From assembly GCF_046105845.1 (NCBI RefSeq), contig NZ_CP151004.1: a stretch of DNA of 64,000 nt, one strand, 5' to 3'. The notes under the pieces were generated by a model that was given only the letters and a program-made list of their open reading frames with translations, ran no database searches and had not been told where the DNA came from. Position numbers and translations under genes: made by a program. Numbering within the stretch: the first letter of the stretch is position 1; each line of letters begins with the position of its first letter. This stretch comes from Escherichia coli (lineage in GTDB: Bacteria > Pseudomonadota > Gammaproteobacteria > Enterobacterales > Enterobacteriaceae). Shown in pieces: positions 1 to 11,264 of this stretch.

Positions 1-574
1 TTCTACCACCAACAACGTCGAACGCCAAAAACAGGCGGCTTTCTCTGACACTATTTTCGTGGTCGGTACGCGCCTGTTGACCAAAAAGGGTGGCGATATC
101 AAAGATTTCGCCGATCTGAAAGGCAAAGCCGTAGTCGTCACTTCCGGCACTACCTCTGAAGTTTTGCTCAACAAACTGAATGAAGAGCAAAAAATGAATA
201 TGCGAATTATCAGCGCCAAAGATCACGGTGACTCTTTCCGCACCCTGGAAAGCGGTCGTGCCGTTGCCTTTATGATGGATGATGCTCTGCTGGCTGGTGA
301 ACGTGCGAAAGCGAAGAAACCAGACAACTGGGAAATCGTCGGCAAGCCGCAGTCTCAGGAAGCCTACGGTTGTATGTTGCGTAAAGACGATCCGCAGTTC
401 AAAAAGCTGATGGATGACACTATCGCTCAGGTGCAGACCTCCGGTGAAGCGGAAAAATGGTTTGATAAATGGTTCAAAAATCCCATTCCGCCGAAAAACC
501 TGAACATGAATTTCGAACTGTCGGACGAAATGAAAGCACTGTTCAAAGAACCGAATGACAAAGCACTGAACTAA
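1..574 (+). CDS. gltI: Glutamate/aspartate ABC transporter periplasmic binding protein, C-terminal part (5' end lies outside window)
   Basis: Open frame from position 2 with no stop; translation ...DTIFVVGTRLLTKKGGDIKDFADLKGK... matches GltI C-terminus; followed by gltJKL. Confidence 0.9.
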   Translation, partial: STTNNVERQKQAAFSDTIFVVGTRLLTKKGGDIKDFADLKGKAVVVTSGTTSEVLLNKLNEEQKMNMRIISAKDHGDSFRTLESGRAVAFMMDDALLAGERAKAKKPDNWEIVGKPQSQEAYGCMLRKDDPQFKKLMDDTIAQVQTSGEAEKWFDKWFKNPIPPKNLNMNFELSDEMKALFKEPNDKALN

Positions 575-730
575 TTACAAGAACCAGGGGCGGAAATTCC
601 AGCCCTCTCGATTGTTACGTAGCACGGACAGACTATACGCCTGATGGTCGTTCCCCATCGGGCCTGAAAACCGCAATACGCTGGGTAACAATCTTCGAGG
701 GTAGCAGTTAACGCTGCTACCCTCTTTTTT
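570..730 (+). ncRNA. sroC: Probable SroC sRNA locus in the gltI-gltJ spacer (ends at intrinsic terminator)
   Basis: Established knowledge that SroC is processed from the gltI-gltJ intergenic part of the gltIJKL mRNA; 169-nt spacer ends in a strong hairpin plus T-tract; exact 5' end not determinable from sequence. Confidence 0.45.
697..730 (+). terminator. Intrinsic terminator/attenuator between gltI and gltJ
   Basis: GAGGGTAGCAG-ttaacg-CTGCTACCCTC stem followed by TTTTTT. Confidence 0.75.
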
Positions 731-743
731 CTGGAGTAGATTT

Positions 744-1484
744 ATGTCTATAGACTGGAACTGGGGTATTTTTTTACAACAAGCCCCGTTCGGCAACACC
801 ACCTATCTTGGTTGGATCTGGAGTGGTTTTCAGGTCACGATCGCTTTGTCGATCTGCGCCTGGATTATCGCTTTCCTCGTCGGTTCATTTTTCGGCATTT
901 TACGTACCGTTCCAAACCGTTTTCTCTCCGGTCTGGGTACGTTGTATGTCGAACTGTTCCGCAACGTGCCGTTGATTGTGCAATTCTTTACCTGGTATCT
1001 GGTGATCCCGGAGCTGCTGCCGGAGAAAATCGGCATGTGGTTTAAGGCCGAGCTGGATCCCAATATTCAGTTTTTCCTTTCATCCATGCTCTGCCTGGGG
1101 CTGTTTACCGCCGCCCGTGTTTGCGAACAGGTACGCGCCGCGATCCAGTCGCTGCCGCGTGGGCAGAAGAATGCCGCGCTGGCGATGGGTCTGACGCTGC
1201 CGCAGGCTTACCGCTATGTACTGTTGCCTAATGCTTATCGCGTTATCGTCCCGCCGATGACCTCCGAGATGATGAACCTGGTGAAAAACTCCGCCATCGC
1301 CTCGACCATCGGTCTGGTGGATATGGCGGCGCAGGCGGGTAAATTGCTCGACTACTCGGCCCACGCCTGGGAGTCGTTTACCGCCATCACGCTGGCGTAT
1401 GTGTTGATTAACGCGGTTATCATGCTGGTAATGACGCTGGTTGAACGTAAAGTTCGCCTGCCCGGCAACATGGGGGGCAAATAA
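744..1484 (+). CDS. gltJ: Glutamate/aspartate ABC transporter permease
   Basis: 246-aa ORF, polytopic membrane protein, second gene of gltIJKL order. Confidence 0.95.
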
Positions 1485-2158
1485 TGTACGAGTTTGACTG
1501 GAGTTCCATTGTCCCTTCCCTGCCATATCTGCTCGACGGGCTGGTGATCACCCTGAAAATCACCGTCACGGCAGTCGTGATTGGTATTTTGTGGGGCACC
1601 ATGCTGGCGGTGATGCGCTTGTCCAGCTTTGCGCCCGTAGCGTGGTTTGCCAAAGCCTACGTTAACGTATTCCGCTCGATTCCTTTAGTTATGGTTTTGC
1701 TGTGGTTTTACCTGATTGTGCCGGGTTTTCTGCAAAACGTGCTGGGATTATCGCCAAAAAATGATATCCGTTTAATTTCGGCGATGGTGGCGTTTTCGAT
1801 GTTTGAAGCGGCCTACTATTCAGAGATTATCCGCGCCGGTATTCAAAGTATTTCTCGTGGTCAGTCGAGCGCCGCGCTGGCGTTGGGGATGACTCACTGG
1901 CAGTCGATGAAACTGATTATTCTGCCGCAGGCGTTCCGCGCGATGGTGCCGCTGCTGCTCACTCAGGGCATCGTACTGTTCCAGGATACCTCACTGGTGT
2001 ATGTGTTATCTCTGGCCGATTTCTTCCGTACCGCCTCAACCATTGGTGAGCGTGATGGTACGCAGGTTGAGATGATCCTGTTTGCCGGATTTGTTTATTT
2101 CGTTATTAGCCTTAGCGCATCGTTGTTGGTCAGCTACTTGAAAAGAAGGACAGCATAA
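1484..2158 (+). CDS. gltK: Glutamate/aspartate ABC transporter permease
   Basis: 224-aa ORF, start overlaps gltJ stop (ATGA-type coupling). Confidence 0.95.
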
Positions 2159-2883
2159 TGATTACCCTGAAAAATGTTTCAAAATGGTATGGTCACTTTC
2201 AGGTGCTGACCGACTGCTCAACCGAAGTGAAAAAAGGCGAAGTGGTGGTGGTTTGCGGCCCGTCTGGTTCCGGCAAATCAACGCTGATTAAAACCGTCAA
2301 CGGCCTCGAACCGGTGCAGCAAGGTGAAATCACCGTCGATGGCATCGTGGTTAACGACAAGAAAACCGATCTGGCAAAGCTGCGTTCCCGCGTCGGGATG
2401 GTGTTCCAGCATTTCGAGTTGTTCCCCCATTTGTCGATTATTGAAAACCTGACCCTGGCGCAGGTGAAAGTGCTTAAACGCGATAAAGCACCCGCTCGTG
2501 AAAAAGCATTGAAATTGCTGGAGCGCGTCGGGCTTTCCGCACATGCCAATAAGTTTCCGGCGCAGCTTTCCGGCGGTCAGCAGCAGCGTGTGGCGATCGC
2601 TCGCGCATTGTGCATGGATCCTATCGCGATGCTGTTCGACGAACCGACATCGGCGCTGGATCCGGAGATGATCAACGAAGTGCTGGACGTGATGGTGGAA
2701 CTGGCGAACGAAGGAATGACCATGATGGTGGTGACCCACGAAATGGGCTTTGCCCGTAAAGTGGCGAATCGGGTGATCTTTATGGACGAGGGTAAAATTG
2801 TCGAAGACTCGCCGAAAGACGCTTTCTTCGATGATCCGAAATCGGACCGCGCAAAAGACTTCCTCGCGAAAATCCTGCATTAA
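2158..2883 (+). CDS. gltL: Glutamate/aspartate ABC transporter ATP-binding protein
   Basis: 241-aa ORF with Walker [13 protein letters not shown] signature LSGGQQQR, Walker [12 protein letters not shown]. Confidence 0.95.
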   Translation: MITLKNVSKWYGHFQVLTDCSTEVKKGEVVVVCGPSGSGKSTLIKTVNGLEPVQQGEITVDGIVVNDKKTDLAKLRSRVGMVFQHFELFPHLSIIENLTLAQVKVLKRDKAPAREKALKLLERVGLSAHANKFPAQLSGGQQQRVAIARALCMDPIAMLFDEPTSALDPEMINEVLDVMVELANEGMTMMVVTHEMGFARKVANRVIFMDEGKIVEDSPKDAFFDDPKSDRAKDFLAKILH

Positions 2884-2890
2884 TCACTCT

Positions 2891-2930
2891 GGCGCGCATA
2901 CCCAATTGCGCGCCATCTCACGCTTTATCG
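2891..2930 (+). terminator. Candidate terminator hairpin downstream of gltL
   Basis: GGCGCGCA-tacccaat-TGCGCGCC stem; weak T-tract. Confidence 0.4.
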
Positions 2931-3000
2931 TTTCGCCCCTCGTATCTGTTACATCCTGGCGTTACCCTTGTCGCAAAGAAGCACACAACAAGGAGCAACA

Positions 3001-3936
3001 ATGGCACTGCCAATTCTGTTAGATTGCGACCCAGGTCATGACGACGCTATCGCAATAGTTCTCGCCCTCGCCTCACCAGAGCTTGATGTCAAAGCAATTA
3101 CGTCTTCCGCCGGAAACCAGACACCAGAAAAAACCTTACGCAATGTTCTGCGTATGCTGACCTTGCTTAATCGCACCGATATTCCGGTAGCAGGCGGCGC
3201 GGTAAAACCGTTAATGCGTGAGTTGATTATCGCGGACAATGTGCACGGCGAAAGCGGTCTCGACGGCCCGGCATTACCGGAACCGACGTTCGCACCGCAA
3301 AACTGTACGGCGGTAGAGCTGATGGCGAAAACACTACGTGAAAGTGCGGAACCTGTCACGATTGTTTCTACCGGACCGCAAACTAACGTTGCCTTGCTGC
3401 TCAATAGCCACCCGGAACTGCATAGCAAAATTGCCCGTATCGTGATTATGGGCGGTGCAATGGGGCTTGGTAACTGGACGCCTGCGGCTGAATTTAATAT
3501 TTACGTTGACCCGGAAGCGGCAGAAATTGTCTTCCAGTCAGGGATCCCGGTGGTGATGGCCGGTCTGGATGTTACTCACAAAGCACAAATTCACGTTGAG
3601 GACACCGAGCGTTTCCGCGCCATTGGCAACCCTGTTTCAACCATTGTTGCCGAACTGCTGGATTTCTTCCTCGAATATCATAAAGACGAAAAATGGGGCT
3701 TTGTCGGCGCACCGCTGCATGACCCATGCACCATCGCCTGGCTGTTAAAACCGGAGTTGTTTACCACTGTTGAGCGCTGGGTTGGCGTGGAAACACAAGG
3801 GAAATATACCCAGGGTATGACGGTTGTTGATTATTATTATCTGACCGGCAATAAACCGAATGCTACTGTAATGGTCGATGTTGATCGTCAGGGCTTTGTT
3901 GATTTACTGGCTGATCGTCTGAAATTTTACGCTTAA
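3001..3936 (+). CDS. rihA: Pyrimidine-specific ribonucleoside hydrolase RihA
   Basis: Translation from [15 protein letters not shown] (nucleoside hydrolase DxDxxxDD motif); AAGGAG RBS just upstream; longer ORF start at 2968 rejected. Confidence 0.9.
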   Translation: MALPILLDCDPGHDDAIAIVLALASPELDVKAITSSAGNQTPEKTLRNVLRMLTLLNRTDIPVAGGAVKPLMRELIIADNVHGESGLDGPALPEPTFAPQNCTAVELMAKTLRESAEPVTIVSTGPQTNVALLLNSHPELHSKIARIVIMGGAMGLGNWTPAAEFNIYVDPEAAEIVFQSGIPVVMAGLDVTHKAQIHVEDTERFRAIGNPVSTIVAELLDFFLEYHKDEKWGFVGAPLHDPCTIAWLLKPELFTTVERWVGVETQGKYTQGMTVVDYYYLTGNKPNATVMVDVDRQGFVDLLADRLKFYA

Positions 3937-3940
3937 TCAC

Positions 3941-3966
3941 TCGCCGGATGACATCACGCCATCCGG
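3941..3966. terminator. Palindromic hairpin in the 44-bp convergent rihA/ybeL junction (probable bidirectional terminator)
   Basis: GCCGGATG-acatcacgc-CATCCGGC perfect 8-bp inverted repeat. Confidence 0.5.
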
Positions 3967-3980
3967 CACCACTCATTTCA

Positions 3981-4463
3981 TTAAGGCTCGAACGGGCGTC
4001 TCTGGAACTGGTCATGACCACATTTCGGGCATAGCGTCAGCACTTCCGGTGTATAGATCGGGAGATGGAAATGACATTTCTCGCAGACCAGATTTCCCAG
4101 CCCTACCACTTCTCCGCTGTGATAAACCCCGTGATGATTGAGGTCCTGGAAAACTTCGCGCCATTCAAGCTGCGTTTTATCGGTGATGTCTGCCAGCTCC
4201 TGCCACAAGCTTTCTTTAATCACCCGCATAAAGACGCTGTCAGACTCTTCTTTCAGGCTCTCTTCATAGCTCATGGCGAACTCTTCCAGGTCACGTCTGA
4301 CAGCTCGCGTCAGCTCATCGACTTCGGTTCGCGTTAACTCCCCTGTTTTTATTACGCGCTCGCGCGCCTGTTCCACCAGTGCGTCGATATCACGTTCGCC
4401 ATTGCGCAGGCGTTCGCTCAGTGACGCGACCAGTTCACGGTAATATTGAGCAACCTTGTTCAT
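3981..4463 (-). CDS. ybeL: Uncharacterized DUF1451-type protein with C-terminal CxxC...CxxC zinc-ribbon
   Basis: 160-aa ORF MNKVAQYYRELVASLSERL...; CEKCH...CPKCGH motif. Confidence 0.85.
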   Translation of the reverse strand: MNKVAQYYRELVASLSERLRNGERDIDALVEQARERVIKTGELTRTEVDELTRAVRRDLEEFAMSYEESLKEESDSVFMRVIKESLWQELADITDKTQLEWREVFQDLNHHGVYHSGEVVGLGNLVCEKCHFHLPIYTPEVLTLCPKCGHDQFQRRPFEP

Positions 4464-4698
4464 CGTTTCATCTCCCGGGTCGTTAACTGACTATAATAAT
4501 AGACGTTCTTTGTTCCTTGCTTTGCTAATACGCCCACAAACTCTGTAAATTAATGTATGAATAATCCGAGCATCATTTCAACGTCGAGTGCGCGAAAGGC
4601 TGTTTTGACGCGGACGTTTGGGCTATGCTATGCGGATCTGAAAAACCACCTCAAACGCTACTTTTGTAGCCGTAATGAAAACAGGACCACTGGCTGCC

Positions 4699-7281
4699 AT
4701 GCAAGAGCAATACCGCCCGGAAGAGATAGAATCCAAAGTACAGCTTCATTGGGATGAGAAGCGCACATTTGAAGTAACCGAAGACGAGAGCAAAGAGAAG
4801 TATTACTGCCTGTCTATGCTTCCCTATCCTTCTGGTCGACTACACATGGGCCACGTACGTAACTACACCATCGGTGACGTGATCGCCCGCTACCAGCGTA
4901 TGCTGGGCAAAAACGTCCTGCAGCCGATCGGCTGGGACGCGTTTGGTCTGCCTGCGGAAGGCGCGGCGGTGAAAAACAACACCGCACCGGCACCGTGGAC
5001 GTACGACAACATCGCGTACATGAAAAACCAGCTCAAAATGCTGGGCTTTGGTTATGACTGGAGCCGCGAGCTGGCAACCTGTACACCGGAATACTACCGT
5101 TGGGAACAGAAATTCTTCACCGAGCTGTATAAAAAAGGCCTGGTATATAAGAAGACTTCTGCAGTCAACTGGTGCCCGAACGACCAGACCGTACTGGCGA
5201 ACGAACAAGTTATCGACGGCTGCTGCTGGCGCTGCGATACCAAAGTTGAGCGTAAAGAGATCCCGCAATGGTTTATCAAAATCACTGCTTACGCTGACGA
5301 GCTGCTCAACGATCTGGATAAACTGGATCACTGGCCAGACACCGTTAAAACCATGCAGCGTAACTGGATTGGTCGTTCCGAAGGCGTAGAAATCACTTTC
5401 AACGTTAACGACTATGACAACACGCTGACCGTTTACACTACCCGTCCGGACACCTTTATGGGTTGTACCTACCTGGCGGTAGCGGCAGGTCATCCGCTGG
5501 CACAGAAAGCGGCGGAAAATAATCCTGAACTGGCCGCCTTTATTGACGAATGCCGTAACACCAAAGTTGCCGAAGCTGAAATGGCGACGATGGAGAAAAA
5601 AGGCGTCGATACTGGCTTTAAAGCGGTTCACCCATTAACGGGCGAAGAAATTCCCGTTTGGGCAGCAAACTTCGTATTGATGGAATACGGCACGGGCGCA
5701 GTTATGGCGGTTCCGGGCCACGACCAGCGCGACTACGAGTTTGCCTCTAAATACGGCCTGAATATCAAACCGGTTATCCTGGCAGCTGACGGCTCTGAGC
5801 CAGATCTTTCTCAGCAAGCCCTGACTGAAAAAGGCGTGCTGTTCAACTCTGGCGAGTTCAACGGTCTTGACCATGAAGCGGCCTTCAACGCTATCGCCGA
5901 TAAACTGACTGCGATGGGCGTTGGCGAGCGTAAAGTGAACTACCGCCTGCGCGACTGGGGTGTTTCCCGTCAACGTTACTGGGGCGCGCCGATTCCGATG
6001 GTGACGCTGGAAGACGGTACCGTAATGCCGACCCCGGACGACCAGCTGCCGGTGATCCTGCCGGAAGATGTGGTGATGGACGGCATTACCAGCCCGATTA
6101 AAGCAGATCCGGAGTGGGCAAAAACTACCGTTAACGGTATGCCAGCGCTGCGTGAAACCGACACTTTCGACACCTTTATGGAGTCCTCCTGGTACTATGC
6201 GCGCTACACTTGCCCGGAGTACAAAGAAGGTATGCTGGATTCCAAAGCGGCTAACTACTGGCTGCCGGTGGATATCTACATTGGTGGTATCGAACACGCC
6301 ATTATGCACCTGCTCTACTTCCGCTTCTTCCACAAACTGATGCGTGATGCAGGCATGGTGAACTCTGACGAACCAGCGAAACAGTTGCTGTGTCAGGGTA
6401 TGGTGCTGGCAGATGCCTTCTACTATGTTGGCGAAAACGGCGAACGTAACTGGGTTTCCCCGGTTGATGCTATCGTTGAACGTGACGAGAAAGGCCGTAT
6501 CGTGAAAGCGAAAGATGCGGCAGGCCATGAACTGGTTTATACCGGCATGAGCAAAATGTCCAAGTCGAAGAACAACGGTATCGACCCGCAGGTGATGGTT
6601 GAACGTTACGGCGCGGACACCGTTCGTCTGTTTATGATGTTTGCTTCTCCGGCTGATATGACTCTCGAATGGCAGGAATCCGGCGTGGAAGGGGCTAACC
6701 GCTTCCTGAAACGTGTCTGGAAACTGGTTTACGAGCACACAGCGAAAGGTGATGTTGCGGCACTGAACGTTGATGCGCTGACTGAAGATCAGAAAGCGCT
6801 GCGTCGCGATGTGCATAAAACGATCGCTAAAGTGACCGATGATATCGGCCGTCGTCAGACCTTCAACACCGCAATTGCGGCGATTATGGAGCTGATGAAC
6901 AAACTGGCGAAAGCACCGACCGATGGCGAGCAGGACCGCGCCCTGATGCAGGAAGCGCTGCTGGCGGTAGTCCGTATGCTTAACCCGTTCACCCCGCACA
7001 TCTGCTTCACGCTGTGGCAGGAACTGAAAGGCGAAGGCGATATCGACAACGCACCGTGGCCGGTTGCTGACGAAAAAGCGATGGTGGAAGACTCCACGCT
7101 GGTCGTGGTGCAGGTTAACGGTAAAGTCCGTGCAAAAATCACCGTTCCGGTGGACGCAACGGAAGAACAGGTTCGCGAACGTGCTGGCCAGGAACATCTG
7201 GTAGCAAAATATCTTGATGGCGTTACCGTGCGTAAAGTGATTTACGTACCCGGTAAACTCCTCAATCTGGTCGTTGGCTAA
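4699..7281 (+). CDS. leuS: Leucyl-tRNA synthetase
   Basis: 860-aa product starting [21 protein letters not shown]; class I HMGH and KMSKS motifs present. Confidence 0.97.
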   Translation: MQEQYRPEEIESKVQLHWDEKRTFEVTEDESKEKYYCLSMLPYPSGRLHMGHVRNYTIGDVIARYQRMLGKNVLQPIGWDAFGLPAEGAAVKNNTAPAPWTYDNIAYMKNQLKMLGFGYDWSRELATCTPEYYRWEQKFFTELYKKGLVYKKTSAVNWCPNDQTVLANEQVIDGCCWRCDTKVERKEIPQWFIKITAYADELLNDLDKLDHWPDTVKTMQRNWIGRSEGVEITFNVNDYDNTLTVYTTRPDTFMGCTYLAVAAGHPLAQKAAENNPELAAFIDECRNTKVAEAEMATMEKKGVDTGFKAVHPLTGEEIPVWAANFVLMEYGTGAVMAVPGHDQRDYEFASKYGLNIKPVILAADGSEPDLSQQALTEKGVLFNSGEFNGLDHEAAFNAIADKLTAMGVGERKVNYRLRDWGVSRQRYWGAPIPMVTLEDGTVMPTPDDQLPVILPEDVVMDGITSPIKADPEWAKTTVNGMPALRETDTFDTFMESSWYYARYTCPEYKEGMLDSKAANYWLPVDIYIGGIEHAIMHLLYFRFFHKLMRDAGMVNSDEPAKQLLCQGMVLADAFYYVGENGERNWVSPVDAIVERDEKGRIVKAKDAAGHELVYTGMSKMSKSKNNGIDPQVMVERYGADTVRLFMMFASPADMTLEWQESGVEGANRFLKRVWKLVYEHTAKGDVAALNVDALTEDQKALRRDVHKTIAKVTDDIGRRQTFNTAIAAIMELMNKLAKAPTDGEQDRALMQEALLAVVRMLNPFTPHICFTLWQELKGEGDIDNAPWPVADEKAMVEDSTLVVVQVNGKVRAKITVPVDATEEQVRERAGQEHLVAKYLDGVTVRKVIYVPGKLLNLVVG

Positions 7282-7295
7282 GCGCGGGAGGAAGC

Positions 7296-7877
7296 GTGCG
7301 ATATCTGGCAACATTGTTGTTATCTCTGGCGGTGTTAATCACCGCCGGGTGTGGCTGGCATCTGCGTGATACCACGCAGGTTCCTTCCACTATGAAGGTC
7401 ATGATCCTGGACTCAGGCGATCCGAACGGGCCATTAAGCCGTGCGGTGCGTAACCAGTTACGTCTGAATGGTGTCGAGTTGCTTGATAAAGAAACCACGC
7501 GTAAGGACGTTCCATCCCTGCGTTTGGGTAAAGTGAGCATCGCGAAAGATACCGCATCGGTATTCCGTAACGGTCAAACAGCAGAGTATCAGATGATCAT
7601 GACGGTCAATGCGACCGTGTTGATCCCCGGCCGTGACATCTACCCGATTAGCGCCAAAGTCTTCCGTTCGTTCTTCGATAACCCGCAAATGGCGTTAGCG
7701 AAAGATAACGAACAAGACATGATCGTAAAAGAGATGTACGACCGTGCTGCCGAACAGCTGATTCGTAAGCTGCCAAGCATCCGTGCTGCGGATATTCGTT
7801 CCGACGAAGAACAGACGTCGACCACAACGGATACTCCGGCAACGCCTGCACGCGTCTCTACCACGCTGGGTAACTGA
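7296..7877 (+). CDS. lptE: LPS assembly lipoprotein LptE (RlpB)
   Basis: 193 aa, GTG start, lipobox LITAGC; immediately downstream of leuS. Confidence 0.9.
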
Positions 7878-8908
7878 TGATTCGGTTGTACCCGGAACAA
7901 CTCCGCGCGCAGCTCAATGAAGGGCTGCGCGCGGCGTATCTTTTACTTGGTAACGATCCTCTGTTATTGCAGGAAAGCCAGGACGCTATTCGTCAGGTAG
8001 CTACGGTACAAGGATTCGAAGAACACCACACTTTTTCCATTGATCCCAACACTGACTGGAATGCGATCTTTTCGTTATGCCAGGCCATGAGTCTGTTTGC
8101 CAGTCGACAAACGCTATTGCTGTTGTTACCAGAAAACGGACCGAATGCGGCGATCAATGAACAACTTCTCACACTCACCGGACTTCTGCATGACGACCTG
8201 CTGTTGATCGTCCGCGGTAATAAATTAAGCAAAGCGCAAGAAAATGCCGCCTGGTTTACTGCTCTTGCGAATCGCAGCGTGCAGGTGACCTGTCAGACAC
8301 CGGAGCAGGCTCAGCTTCCCCGCTGGGTTGCTGCGCGCGCAAAACAGCTCAACTTAGAACTGGATGACGCGGCGAATCAGGTGCTCTGCTACTGTTATGA
8401 AGGTAACCTGCTGGCGCTGGCTCAGGCACTGGAGCGTTTATCGCTACTCTGGCCAGACGGCAAACTGACATTACCTCGCGTTGAACAGGCGGTGAATGAT
8501 GCCGCGCATTTCACCCCTTTTCATTGGGTTGATGCTTTGTTGATGGGAAAAAGTAAGCGCGCGTTGCATATTCTTCAGCAACTGCGTCTGGAAGGCAGCG
8601 AACCGGTTATTTTGTTGCGCACATTACAACGTGAACTGTTGTTACTGGTTAACCTGAAACGCCAGTCTGCCCATACGCCACTGCGTGCGTTGTTTGATAA
8701 GCATCGGGTATGGCAGAACCGCCGGGGCATGCTGGGCGAGGCGTTAAATCGCTTAAGCCAGCCGCAGTTACGTCAGGCCGTGCAACTCCTGACACGAACG
8801 GAACTCACCCTCAAACAAGATTACGGTCAGTCAGTGTGGGCAGAGCTGGAAGGGTTATCTCTTCTGTTATGCCATAAACCCCTGGCGGACGTATTTATCG
8901 ACGGTTGA
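7877..8908 (+). CDS. holA: DNA polymerase III delta subunit
   Basis: 343 aa [17 protein letters not shown]...; start overlaps lptE stop. Confidence 0.95.
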
Positions 8909-8909
8909 T

Positions 8910-9551
8910 ATGAAATCTTTACAGGCTCTGTTTGGTGGCACCTTTGATCCGGTGCACTATGGTCATCTTAAACCCGTGGAAACGCTGGCGAATTTGATTG
9001 GTCTGACGCGGGTCACAATCATCCCTAATAATGTTCCTCCGCATCGTCCCCAGCCGGAAGCGAACAGCGTACAGCGTAAACACATGCTTGAACTGGCGAT
9101 TGCCGACAAGCCATTATTTACTCTTGATGAACGCGAGCTAAAGCGCAATGCCCCCTCTTACACTGCGCAAACACTGAAAGAGTGGCGGCAGGAACAAGGG
9201 CCGGACGTGCCGCTGGCGTTTATTATTGGTCAGGATTCACTGCTGACCTTTCCGACCTGGTACGAATACGAAACGATACTCGACAATGCACATTTGATCG
9301 TCTGTCGGCGTCCAGGTTACCCACTTGAAATGGCGCAACCGCAATACCAGCAATGGCTGGAAGATCATTTGACACATAACCCGGAAGATCTTCACCTTCA
9401 GCCTGCCGGTAAAATTTATCTGGCTGAAACGCCGTGGTTTAACATCTCCGCGACCATCATCCGCGAACGTTTGCAAAACGGTGAATCGTGTGAGGATTTA
9501 TTGCCGGAACCGGTACTGACTTACATTAACCAACAAGGCTTGTATCGCTGA
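8910..9551 (+). CDS. nadD: Nicotinate-mononucleotide adenylyltransferase
   Basis: 213 aa with [11 protein letters not shown] nucleotidyltransferase motif. Confidence 0.95.
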
Positions 9552-9574
9552 TACCTGTCGTTACGGAGGGCATG

Positions 9575-10186
9575 ATGCGACTGTGGTTAATTCGTCATGG
9601 TGAAACGCAAGCGAATATCGATGGTCTTTACAGCGGTCATGCGCCCACCCCCCTGACTGCGCGCGGTATTGAGCAAGCGCAAAATCTGCATACGCTGCTA
9701 CATGGTGTTTCCTTTGACCTGGTTTTATGCAGTGAACTGGAACGGGCACAGCATACCGCGCGACGGGTTCTCAGTGACCGCCAGCTCCCCGTGCAAATCA
9801 TCCCTGAACTCAACGAAATGTTTTTTGGCGACTGGGAGATGCGACATCATCGCGACCTCATGCAAGAAGATGCCGAAAACTATAGCGCGTGGTGCAATGA
9901 CTGGCAGCATGCTATCCCCACGAACGGTGAAGGATTTCAGGCATTTTCACAACGTGTGGAACGGTTTATCGCAAGGCTTAGTGAATTTCAGCACTATCAG
10001 AATATTTTAGTCGTCAGCCATCAGGGTGTACTGAGTCTGTTAATCGCCCGTTTAATTGGTATGCCTGCCGAAGCTATGTGGCATTTTCGCGTTGACCAGG
10101 GGTGTTGGAGCGCCATTGATATCAACCAAAAATTCGCGACGCTACGCGTCCTCAATAGCCGTGCCATCGGGGTCGAGAATGCATGA
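9575..10186 (+). CDS. cobC: Alpha-ribazole phosphatase / phosphoglycerate-mutase family phosphatase
   Basis: 203 aa from MRLWLIRHGET (RHG histidine phosphatase motif). Confidence 0.9.
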   Translation: MRLWLIRHGETQANIDGLYSGHAPTPLTARGIEQAQNLHTLLHGVSFDLVLCSELERAQHTARRVLSDRQLPVQIIPELNEMFFGDWEMRHHRDLMQEDAENYSAWCNDWQHAIPTNGEGFQAFSQRVERFIARLSEFQHYQNILVVSHQGVLSLLIARLIGMPAEAMWHFRVDQGCWSAIDINQKFATLRVLNSRAIGVENA

Positions 10187-10427
10187 CTTTTCTGTTTTTT
10201 TACGGGTAAGCCGCAACGACCATTGACAGCCCTGGGCAGGCTGATATTCTCCGCAGCCAGACTTTTTTCGCCAGACACGACTTTGTAGAAATTGTTTTAC
10301 AAAAATGGCGATGCAATCTGCGGCGCGGGGTGGGATGATAGCCCACTTTCGAAAGCCGATTCGGCGACAATTGTCCCGAAATCGCCTCTGGTTCAGGTAT
10401 ACTGACAGACCATTTTTATCTATTTGA

Positions 10428-10763
<336 letters not shown>

Positions 10764-10766
10764 TGC

Positions 10767-11234
10767 GTGAAGCTGCAACTTGTCGCCGTGGGAACGAAAA
10801 TGCCGGACTGGGTACAAACTGGTTTTACCGAGTACCTGCGTCGTTTTCCGAAAGATATGCCCTTCGAGCTGATTGAAATTCCGGCCGGAAAACGCGGCAA
10901 GAATGCGGACATCAAGCGCATACTCGACAAAGAGGGTGAGCAGATGTTGGCGGCCGCAGGCAAAAACCGCATTGTCACCCTCGATATTCCAGGCAAGCCC
11001 TGGGATACGCCGCAGTTAGCCGCTGAGCTGGAACGCTGGAAGCTGGATGGTCGCGACGTCAGTCTACTGATTGGCGGGCCTGAAGGGTTGTCGCCTGCCT
11101 GTAAAGCGGCGGCTGAGCAGAGCTGGTCGCTGTCGGCGCTTACCCTCCCCCATCCGCTGGTTCGCGTGCTGGTCGCAGAGAGTCTGTACCGGGCGTGGAG
11201 CATCACCACCAACCATCCTTATCACCGTGAGTGA
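10767..11234 (+). CDS. rlmH: 23S rRNA (pseudouridine1915-N3)-methyltransferase RlmH
   Basis: 155 aa, GTG start, SPOUT-type sequence. Confidence 0.9.
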
Positions 11235-11264
11235 TAAGGGAGCTTTGAGTAGAAAACGCAGCGG

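Noticed and set aside
2968-3000. N-terminal extensions offered by the ORF track (rihA from 2968, leuS from 4675, citC from 27546, citF from 29876, citE from 28984, ahpF to 38432, dsbG from 39448, dpiB to 27313, entF to 63850, rna from 34468, uspG from 36255, fepC from 57529, fepD from 55668, pagP to 22955)
   Set aside because: Downstream starts give products matching the known protein lengths and N-termini, and the extensions would overlap upstream genes or promoters.
3941-3966. REP/BIME element at the rihA/ybeL junction
   Set aside because: The hairpin begins GCCGGATG like a REP, but the rest does not follow the REP consensus; it is treated as a simple palindromic terminator.
5635-7314. 559-aa ORF on the minus strand, and other long antisense ORFs (4840-5631, 12150-12950, 19184-20032, 29089-29916, 30092-30946, 37089-37757, 38654-39169, 49582-50175)
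   Set aside because: Each lies wholly inside a well-supported gene on the opposite strand (leuS, mrdA, lipA, citE, citF, ahpF, ahpC, entB). Their translations are low-complexity and Arg/His/Gln-rich, typical of shadow frames in GC-rich coding DNA.
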